A DNA stretch of 64,000 nt from Ophelia neglecta. Lineage: Eukaryota. Every line of letters starts with the position of its first letter. Position 1 is the first letter of the stretch. The translations under genes were made by a program, and so were the position numbers. Below are positions 38,171-46,960 of this stretch, piece after piece. The stretch spans positions 44,330,001-44,394,000 of the forward strand of contig OZ260667.1 of the NCBI GenBank assembly GCA_965285935.1, written 5' to 3'. A model generated the notes under the pieces. That model was not told where the DNA came from. It did not search any database and was given only the letters and a program-made list of their open reading frames with translations.

Positions 38171-39346
38171 ATGACTAGCCAGGTAAGAGAGTCGTTACTG
38201 CCCAGCCTTCCTTCGTGGGTATGGTGTGCATTGCTCATACTGATTTTCATCGGCCTGATTGTCCGTGTCTATGACTCATTAGACGAAGTGGAAGAAAAGC
38301 CAACAATTTTTTGCAAGAAGAGCCCCTTCACCAGATTTATCATTCAAAAGTGCCAGATGATGAACCAGCCTTTTTTTCCTCCCTTGCTAGTCAGGAATCG
38401 ACATATACAGACCTTGCTATCGGTTATCTTCTCAAGGGCCGATGTTTCCTTCAACCGAGAGTTCCTTCGCGTTCCCGACCAAGGACTGATTGCTCTGGAC
38501 TGGGGGATCAACGAGAAGCAGGCCCTGTGTAAGACGGGGACCGTCTTGATCATAATCCCGAGCCTGACCGGCGACGCGCAGCAGGTGAGCTTTCTCTGTC
38601 AACAGGCCATGAAACAGGGCTTCCGTCCAGTGGTCTTCAATCGTCGAGGACACGGTGGCACTCCACTCCTTAGTCCCAAACTCCAAAGCTTCAGTGAATC
38701 GCAAGACGTGCGACACGTCATCAAGTACATCCGAGGCCGATTTCCCTGTACCAAAATAGTGGCAGTTGGGATCAGTTTAGGCACCTCAGTTCTCATGTCT
38801 TATTTAGGTGAATACGGCTCCTCCTCACGTATACAGTCGGCAGTGTGTATTTCCCCGGTGTTTGATCCCCGGTCGGTCCTCACAACCACACTGCCACCCC
38901 TGTACCAGTCCCTCGGCACGTATTACATGAAGAAGACAATTTGCTCACACCCATTGGTACTGTCAAATGTCATGGACTTGGACGCAGTATTGCAGAGCAG
39001 GTCCTTGTTTGAACTTGAGTGCATTGTACAAAAGATTCAAGACGGAAAGCAAGATCGTGAAGAATACTGGGAAGCAAACAACCCCATAAAGGCTGTTGAT
39101 GAAGTTGTAGCGCCTGTTTTATTCGTCATCAGTGAAGATGACCCCCTTGTTCCTTGGAACACAGTTCCAAGGGAGTTATTTGATACATTTATAAATTTCA
39201 TGTTGGTGCGGACTAAAAGAGGTGGCCATGCTGGATTTTTGGGGGACACTAATCTGGAGCCTTGGGCTGATAAACTGAGTATTGACTATCTGACAGCTAC
39301 ATTTGAATTCCTAAAAAGAGTAAACAAACAAGAGCCCCAACTTTAA
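38171..39346 (+). CDS. ABHD15: Alpha/beta hydrolase ABHD15 orthologue, single coding exon, N-terminal TM anchor
   Basis: 391 aa with HIQTLL, ALDW, VVFNRRGHGG, SYLGEYGSSS...AVCISP (recalled ABHD15 signature SYLGECGSSS...AACISP), VDEV..PVL..SEDDP and GGHAGF. The acceptor tttcag| 8 nt before the ATG implies an upstream UTR exon. Confidence 0.88.
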   Translation: MTSQVRESLLPSLPSWVWCALLILIFIGLIVRVYDSLDEVEEKPTIFCKKSPFTRFIIQKCQMMNQPFFPPLLVRNRHIQTLLSVIFSRADVSFNREFLRVPDQGLIALDWGINEKQALCKTGTVLIIIPSLTGDAQQVSFLCQQAMKQGFRPVVFNRRGHGGTPLLSPKLQSFSESQDVRHVIKYIRGRFPCTKIVAVGISLGTSVLMSYLGEYGSSSRIQSAVCISPVFDPRSVLTTTLPPLYQSLGTYYMKKTICSHPLVLSNVMDLDAVLQSRSLFELECIVQKIQDGKQDREEYWEANNPIKAVDEVVAPVLFVISEDDPLVPWNTVPRELFDTFINFMLVRTKRGGHAGFLGDTNLEPWADKLSIDYLTATFEFLKRVNKQEPQL

Positions 39347-40108
39347 GTAAACACAACAATACGAAATAGTTCGAAAACTACATATACCTAGTATTTATTT
39401 TACATGTCCCTTGATATTATTGTAATGGAAAAATGTGACTTACTGTCATACAATTATAAATCCGTATTAAAACACATGTGAGCAAGTCAACCGAGGAATG
39501 CCAATAAGAGAGAAATAATAAGCAGTGGTATTGTAATATGTACTATGTATAAAAAGATATATATATATATATATATCTAATTATATAAATGTAATATGTC
39601 ACTGGAAAAATAAACATGTATTAGCATTATCCTTATAAATAGTGTCATCATCGTTAGCTTACATCGTGAAAGGAATAATTTGATTTTTGCCAAATTACGT
39701 GACTCAACATTTGCACTTTCGCTAACTCCTAATGATGAAATCCGTATTATATGATTTAACTCCAATGACATTATGTGCACTAATTGGCACTGGGTACCCA
39801 AACCCAAGTTATGACATTTCTCAATTGTTTTTCAGTTATCATTATGGTTAGTGCGAATTGTACGAAACAAATAAAATCTGATACAGTGATATTGTTCAGA
39901 GAAATTCTGAAACACAATAAACTGTAACACTGTGACTTTAACTGAGAATCTTATCATTAGTGGACAAAATAAATTTCCTGCATGACCGACTAAAGGGTAC
40001 GAAAGACTAAGTTTCAACAATTTAACGGTAGAATTTATGCATAAATGAGGTAATGAAAGAAAAACAAGCCCTTGACTAGTGATCATTAACGTTATCGTGT
40101 ATTTCATC

Positions 40109-41989
40109 TCAGCTTTGATGTTTTTCATTAGAGACATCCGCCACACCGCTGGTTAAAACTCCCATAACAGCGTCAGTCAGAGCCTGACGATCGAAAGGTG
40201 TCTCGGCGGAAATGTCTTTGACGCTTTTATCGTCCGAAGGAACGACGTGCCCACCTGTAGCTGGTTCTTGGGCGCTAGTCTCGGGCCCCATTGCTTCACC
40301 AGGCTCGCTCTCGGCAGTTGATTCTTCTTCTATATGTTCCCTGATTGCAGAAGCAACCCCGTCGGCTAGTACGCTCAAAACCGTATCAGACAATGCTGCT
40401 TTCCCTTCACTTTCCTCCATATATGTTCTCAATTGTGCAACACCCATGGGAGTTTCCTCGGGCACTGATGGTTCCTCGATCATTGAAGGTTCTTCGACGC
40501 TTTCTTTTATAATTGCTTCGCTAACTCTTTCGGAGATGGTTTCGGCAAGAACATTCAACACAGACTCTGCCATGTTATCTTGATCTGGCAAGACTGTGTC
40601 TTCTGGTTTTGGTTTCTCAGTCATATAGTTTTCTTGTTGCTCGTCTACCATTTCCTGCAACATTTCCTCGTTTTCTCTCCCATCTATATCCGTTACTTTC
40701 TCAATGAGAGATGACGCCACCTCCTCGGCTAAAATGCCCAGAACAGCTTCGGCCAGGGTAGTTTGTCCATCTTCTGTAGGAACAGCGGAAAGTGCATCTG
40801 AAATCGTTGCTTCCTCGGGACAGGATTGAATCCTTACCATTGGAGGCCCTTCAACCATCGCAGGTTCGACGATCATTGTTTCGTTGTCAGAAAGTTGCGA
40901 CCCGGCAATCATCGGCTGAACTGTGTCCCTATCTTCCTCCACTAACTCCTCCGCTTCCTCTGCAATAGCCGAAGCAATTCCCTCAGCAAGTACACCTAAG
41001 ACAGCTTCGGCCAGGATAGTTTGCTGATTCTCGCTGGCCGAAGAGGGGTTTTCCCCTGAAGATACCCCTATCGGTTGCTCTTCCACAAAAGGCTTCGTGG
41101 CTTCTACTAATCCGGGTAGCTCTTCTACCTTCTCCAGCTCTGCTGGCTTTTCGACGACAGATGCTGTTACGCCTTCGGCAATAATTCCAAGCACTGTCTC
41201 TGCAAGAGCAGTACGCTCGCTTTCGAATTCAACAGGCTGAGCCTCTTCTTCTACCCTTGTTGATTCCTCCTTCAATTGTCCTGCAATTATCGGTTGTTTT
41301 ATTGTAGACATATCATCTTCTTCTTCAAGTCTTTCTTCAATGGCCGAGGCAACCCCATCCTTCAAAACATCAAGGATAGCTTCAGCAAGTGCTTCCTTGT
41401 GCTCATCTGTGGGTTCTAATTGCCATGCTTCGTTCTGTTCTACTTGCTCTTCAACCGTGGTCGGTATTTTAACTTTTTCCACTGAGGGTTCGGACTCTTC
41501 ATTGAGAGTTGCCTTTTCTAAGAGACTTTCAGTGACGCCATCAGCTATCGCAGTTAAGATCTGTTCAGCCAACGCAGTTTGTGCCTCCTCTGCACTTGGT
41601 GGATCCTGCAATAGAGACTCATGTTCGAAAGCGGCATTTAAGTGACCTTGGTGTGGACTTGTGCTAGAATTCTGTAAGCCGTCTTCTTCCGCCGCTATTT
41701 TTTCCTGGAGAGCTTCACTCACTCCTTCAGTAAGTATGGCCAACACGGCTTCAGCAAGCGGGCCCTGCGCTGGTTCCTGACATTCTTCACTTGGTTCATC
41801 AGAGGCATTTTTCGCTTCCGGAGTTGCTATTTGTTTGTGCGGTGTGGCATACCGCGGATAGTTGGTCTCGCTTGTGATGACTGCCGATGTGTAAGGAGTG
41901 ACTGGGTACATTTCACAGCAGTCGCCGTATTGTTGGCCTCTGGAAGTGGTGAAGATGTGGTGATGGTTGTCCGGTTGGAACTCAAGGGC
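40109..41989 (-). CDS. K2P channel terminal exon: 626-aa acidic tail with nine helical repeats
   Basis: Acceptor aatttccag|GCC at 41989 is in phase 0 and in frame with ORF 40109-41911. It lies 156 nt from the phase-0 donor of exon 4. Confidence 0.8.
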   Translation of the reverse strand, partial: ALEFQPDNHHHIFTTSRGQQYGDCCEMYPVTPYTSAVITSETNYPRYATPHKQIATPEAKNASDEPSEECQEPAQGPLAEAVLAILTEGVSEALQEKIAAEEDGLQNSSTSPHQGHLNAAFEHESLLQDPPSAEEAQTALAEQILTAIADGVTESLLEKATLNEESEPSVEKVKIPTTVEEQVEQNEAWQLEPTDEHKEALAEAILDVLKDGVASAIEERLEEEDDMSTIKQPIIAGQLKEESTRVEEEAQPVEFESERTALAETVLGIIAEGVTASVVEKPAELEKVEELPGLVEATKPFVEEQPIGVSSGENPSSASENQQTILAEAVLGVLAEGIASAIAEEAEELVEEDRDTVQPMIAGSQLSDNETMIVEPAMVEGPPMVRIQSCPEEATISDALSAVPTEDGQTTLAEAVLGILAEEVASSLIEKVTDIDGRENEEMLQEMVDEQQENYMTEKPKPEDTVLPDQDNMAESVLNVLAETISERVSEAIIKESVEEPSMIEEPSVPEETPMGVAQLRTYMEESEGKAALSDTVLSVLADGVASAIREHIEEESTAESEPGEAMGPETSAQEPATGGHVVPSDDKSVKDISAETPFDRQALTDAVMGVLTSGVADVSNEKHQS

Positions 41990-42145
41990 CTGGAAATTAC
42001 ATAATCAAGTCAATTATTCATATCTAAAGTCCATTAAAAAACACCCATCAATGACCACCATAAAACCGTTCAGCTAATACGTTGTCGTAAAATGTTGTTT
42101 TATGTATAAAAGGTAGAGTTAAAACTTTGGGCACGAACTATATAC

Positions 42146-42324
42146 CTGAACATTTCCGTTTTCCTCTTTCCATTTTAGTTTCCGCTCTTTAACTTTCTTT
42201 TCCTTTGTGACGACGGCGTCAATGACGAGATTGACGCCAACGGACAGCCACATCAGAGCGATCAGGATCCAGAATGCTAACACTATCCTGTACCACTTCC
42301 GGTTTCCCTCACTTGCCATCTTTC
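42146..42324 (-). CDS. K2P channel exon 4 (M4 and basic proximal C-terminus)
   Basis: WYRIVLAFWILIALMWLSVGVNLV...KEKKVKERKLK; tttacag| and CAG|gtatat. Confidence 0.9.
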
Positions 42325-42600
42325 CTGTAAACAAATAACGGACTTAATTTAACTGCTGCAAAACAATACGATTTCAACCACATCTGCCCTGGCGCCCTGT
42401 CACATTTAGATGTTTTCTTGAATACACCATACAATGGGAGGTCCATCGTTATTGATATGGGCCAATGACAAGGGAGAGGAAATGTATATAGTTTTCATCA
42501 GTTCTGTGTATAATACATCTTCAAAGGCGCGTGTACGTAAAATTCATTGTTAGGAAGTGAAGAATATTAATCGTTGATTTAATATTTTGCAAACATTTAC

Positions 42601-42921
42601 CTGGGACCTCTCCGAGCCCGACCGTGGTGACCGAGAAGAAGCTAAACCACCAGGCATCGGCGAAAGATCTATTCTCCACCCGATAATACATCAAAGATGG
42701 CAGAGTGATGATAAAACCCAGTCCCAACACTATAATCATCAGTCCCTTGAGACAGATACAGGTACAAGACGTCCGAGAGCAGCCTCCCGTCCTCTCCCCG
42801 AGCCGTGCCAGTCTGCGGCCTACCCCTGATATCACAATCAATGTCAGGGGGATGCCGATCAGGGCGTAGAACACGGCGAACACTCTCCCGGCTTGGGTCA
42901 GAGGCTCAGCATTACCGTACC
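42601..42921 (-). CDS. K2P channel exon 3 (GYG filter, M2, M3, pore 2)
   Basis: GYGNAEPLTQAGRVFAVFYALIGIPL...SFADAWWFSFFSVTTVGLGEVP; canonical splice sites, phase 1 at both ends. Confidence 0.95.
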
Positions 42922-43247
42922 CTGAAAACACAAAAGAATATTCTTAAACATGTACACACCTGCAGGCCCAAGGAAATCCCCCAAGGATACGCATAAATTA
43001 ATAAACGCTCATACAATTAATTATCCTTGCTAAGATAGAAAACTCACATATATACAAATGTATGAAGTTGTCATTAATACTAAGAAAAAAATCTGTAACA
43101 TGTTGACCAATTAATTGTTGTCATAGACTGTATATGGATTGTGAATTTTCGTGAGGGGGATTAATAAAACGGTTGTTCTATCTCACGCAAATATTCTCAT
43201 CGTAATTTAAATTAAAAACACTGTAGACTATGGTTCCACTTATTTAC

Positions 43248-43409
43248 CTATTGTTGTTACCAAATTGGTAGCAAAGAAGAATGAGCTGGCAAAGTCCCAG
43301 TTGGGCGCTATCGTCTGGTTGGAAGGTACCATCACTCCCTTGGTGTAGTCCTCTATCAGGCGGTCGACTAGATGCCAAAATTCCTTCTCGGTTACACACG
43401 GATAATTGT
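43248..43409 (-). CDS. K2P channel exon 2 (cap Cys, pore helix 1)
   Basis: NYPCVTEKEFWHLV...NWDFASSFFFATNLVTTIG; tttcag| and G|gtaaat. Confidence 0.93.
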
Positions 43410-44079
43410 CTGAAAGTGTTGGAAAATCCACTGTATCATAAACTCAATATAAACTGGATTATCATATAAATCCCAAACTGCTGAAAACTGATGTTTACAA
43501 ACATAGAACTTATTCCTGTATTCGATAATTCTTTTTAATTCGAGTTGCATAGCAGCCGATATTCATAAAGTTAACAACTATCGACATGGGCACAAAAGAT
43601 TTCTTCTGCTACATACACTAATCTTTTTTTATATGAGTTCGGCAGCTTGTTTTGCAGCAAGTTTTACCGAGTACGAAGTGACATTGTTAAAAAATTGGTA
43701 TTTCATATACTCAATTGATTTTCAACTATACAGAACTAAAATTAATCATGTTGGATCATGTTTCTACTTTATATGCCATACCTAATGACATTTGATCTGC
43801 TGGTCTGACATTTCTAGATATTTAATTTGCTTTAAAAGAAAAAGGCAGGCTTAGACACCCCTCCCTTTAATTTTACATTGTAACGTTAGTGTTATGGCTC
43901 GCCGTTTTTCTAGACTTTTCTAGGGGGGGGGGGGGGGGGGGGGGCGGGGGTAGGAGAGAAGTTACTTATATATGTAATAGCCGGGATTTCGAGAATTTTG
44001 TTAGTCATAGCTCAGAGGTAAACTAACACTGTAATTTACCAGGTTCGTTAATTAGTAATTATTTAATTATTAGACTTAC

Positions 44080-44214
44080 TGAGCCAGTCTCTGTTCTTGT
44101 GCAGATGCAGTGCCCTGTTTGTGTCTTCATTGTCTCTTTCCACGAAATGAAAAATAACACCACCAACAATGTGATGATCAGCAGTGGTATCAGAACTTTC
44201 CAGTTCAGAATCAT
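44080..44214 (-). CDS. K2P channel exon 1 (M1 and cap helix); contains an apparent 1-bp deletion
   Basis: MILNWKVLIPLLII in one frame, then IVGGVIFHFVERDNEDTNRALHLHKNRDWL in the -1 frame. The donor A|gtaagt is phase 1 only in the second frame. Confidence 0.8.
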
Positions 44215-45016
44215 GATGCTGAATTTAATCCAAAGCGTTTTAATAGATAATAACCGAATCTGTAGACACTTGCTGTCTTTCCTTCTAAGATTCAGCCTCT
44301 TCTGAGCTCGTTTTTTATTTGAGAAAACCTATACTGACAGAAAGTTAATATTCTACCAGTCACACCTTCATATCTGATAAAATATAATCAATTCAGTCAT
44401 ATTTGCTGGATGTTGGAAGAATAATTATCTTCTCAAAAGTTATCATGGTAATTAAATGAATCACAGCTGTGTCTTCAGGTAGATAGCACAGGATTAAACA
44501 ATATTTGTTGGTGGGCTTGTCATGTGGACATTACCTCCGCCTACAGTTATATGTCACAATTGTGTAAATTCTAATCTCTGTAAATAATAACTATACATAG
44601 AAGGCTAATAAGGCCCACTGCTGACCAAAGGAACTTTTCATATCCGGAGCATCATGGCCAAATATATTAAGTTTATTACAACTACAGACACACATGTTCT
44701 TTCAGAATTTGACACAAGTAAAATACCGACGTGTGAGTGATTACATTCACGGGTGTTTTATTGATAATCAGCATTACATGTTTGGTTGATATGAGATCAT
44801 ACACTACAAAATATATAGCACTGAAACAGGCCATTACAATGTGAAAATAAATTCGACCAGCTTATGTATCTTTGTATGTATATAGGGGTTAAAAACTAGG
44901 TACTTTAAATAATACATGTTTATATAGTAATCATTCAGCAAGTATACATTGTTAATAAAGTTCAGGAAATCTCACATACATAATCATATCTTCATCATTT
45001 AGCACAGTATACGACA

Positions 45017-45153
45017 TCAATAAAGTTCAGGAAATCTCTTCATATGCTCTTGTTTGTCAATAATAGACTGCTTGCGACAGTCTTTGGCGGACTCAAATGT
45101 GGGGTGTATACTTAGGCATTTCTCCATATCTTTTATTGCCATGTCAAATCGAG
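45017..45153 (-). CDS. TTC32: TTC32 coding exon 3
   Basis: RFDMAIKDMEKCLSIHPTFESAKDCRKQSIIDKQE...Y stop; acceptor ttttatttcag|, phase consistent. Confidence 0.9.
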
Positions 45154-45341
45154 CTGAAATAAAACATATATTCTTCACTGAGGATAACAAAATTAGCACA
45201 ATAAATTCATAGAACACATAGATGTTCAAAAGACCAAGAATAGAAACAAAATAATCACGCTGCCACCTAAGGTATGGTAACTTAATGAGTTTTCTGATTA
45301 TTTTGCTTGGTAAAGAACTTGGAAAGCTGTCTGTTTCTTAC

Positions 45342-45499
45342 CTAATCTATAATGAATGAGGCCCCTGTTGTAATAGGCTACTGCCATGTCAGGGCACAAT
45401 GATATGGCTGTGGTGAAATCCTCTACAGCCTCCGTAAAGGCAACTTGTAAATACTGCACCTGGCCTCTCTCATTGTACATCTCAGCCTGCCTCTTTCTT
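45342..45499 (-). CDS. TTC32: TTC32 coding exon 2 (TPR motifs)
   Basis: AEMYNERGQVQYLQVAFTEAVEDFTTAI...AYYNRGLIHYRL closely resembles recalled TTC32 (AYNNRGQIKY...YYNRGLILYRLG). Confidence 0.92.
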
Positions 45500-46130
45500 C
45501 TAAGAAATTCATAAAAAAGATTATTGAAATAATTCAAATACACCTAAGAATCAAAAATCGTTATTCTCAAGTATTGTATAAATATTCCTTTCCGTTTTTT
45601 TATTTAATGACTTTCAGTACAGGATATGTTATTAGCAGTTTAATTTTGATACTAACATGACATGATCAGCATGTGACAACCAAGTCATTGCTGATTATAT
45701 TCTTTGTGGAAAAATCATTTGTGTTAATAGAGGGGTATTAATCAGAGTACGCTCCTCTGGAAGCCCCACTACTATAGTCAGCATTCCTTATAATTGTTCA
45801 AAACAACCTTACAAAATGAAAAAAAATGATATATGGTATAAACAGAGATTATCTAGAAATATCATTTAGCCCTGATAATACAGCTAACATGTATGCGACA
45901 GGAAAAGCCCACAATTTCAGATTCAGCCATAAATTAGCATAGGTAATTTAATGTTTAGAGATTGGCCTTTACCGTCAAATGACCTTAAATAGGAACCTTT
46001 CCTTAAAGTTTAATGATTGCCTTGGAAATGTTCGCAAATTTTTGGCCAGCTGCAAAAATTTGAACGTTTTTAGCAGGCGAGCATTTTTTGCGTTGATTAG
46101 AGTAAAACCAGAGTATGGTTAGTCCCTTAC

Positions 46131-46279
46131 ATTTTAGGCCTGTCTACATCATTGAGACTGCTGTCCAGTGTTTGCTGGAGTATAGTGATAACCTGATCAT
46201 ATTTTGATTCAGAGTCTTTGTGCAAGCCAGCAGATTTCAAACGTTCTGCTTCCCTCTGTATGTCTTCCACTGCATCCAT
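46131..46279 (-). CDS. TTC32: TTC32 coding exon 1
   Basis: ttttttaattag|ccttcaccATGG, MDAVEDIQREAERLKSAGLHKDSESKYDQVI..., donor AT|gtaagg in phase 2 matching the next exon. Confidence 0.85.
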
Positions 46280-46833
46280 GGTGAAGGCTAATTAAAAAAA
46301 ACCGTCGAATTGTGATACTCGTTTCTCAATCTTGGTTTGAAACAGTGCAAAATGAAATTGGAAATATTTCTCAGTGTTTTAATATAGAAATTATAGATGT
46401 GGAATGAATAACATCTGCCCGTGGAGCATATTATTCTTTTTAGTAAACAGGATTAGTAGAACGTATCAACTTTACAAGCAAATAAAGTCATTTGATAGGG
46501 ACACTCTTGAGGAAATTACAGTAGTACAAGAACGGCACTTGTCAGAGTTTTTAAGATATGCATCGTTTTGTAAACAGCCAATAACAATTACAGTAGTAGT
46601 TATACGTTCGCTGCTCAACAGTTATCAGTAGTGCAGCATCGCTGTTTCTGCTCTGAAGGCACCAAATACTTCTTCACTGTTAAGCAAAAGCCTTATCTAC
46701 CAGTATGTTTATTCACATACTCACTAAAGCGAACGTGTGCACTAATGATAAAACAGTTTTGTCGTCTATGGAACTGCAATATTCATCTCCCTGTTCAGTT
46801 CGGACACAGCCAAACCCATTCCTAAAACCTTAC

Positions 46834-46960
46834 CCTAACCGTTCTACAAACCTGTCGACTGCTCGCCAATACCGCTAGATCCGGGTGTTACGCCAACTAA
46901 GTAGTATCGCTTTATAGTTAGCGGAGCAAACTGGTGGCGTACTGACCGCGGCTCAACAAT
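46834..46960 (-). promoter_or_regulatory. Probable TTC32 5' UTR exon and CpG-rich promoter
   Basis: AGG|gtaagg donor at 46834 inside a local CpG-rich patch. The first coding exon needs an upstream donor. Confidence 0.45.

Noticed and set aside
40109-41911. The 600-aa acidic ORF as a stand-alone gene
   Set aside because: An in-frame phase-0 acceptor at 41989 links it to K2P exon 4 across a 156-nt intron.
46815-46842. Telomere-like cctaa/ccctaacc
   Set aside because: Only about two degenerate units; better explained as a minus-strand splice donor.
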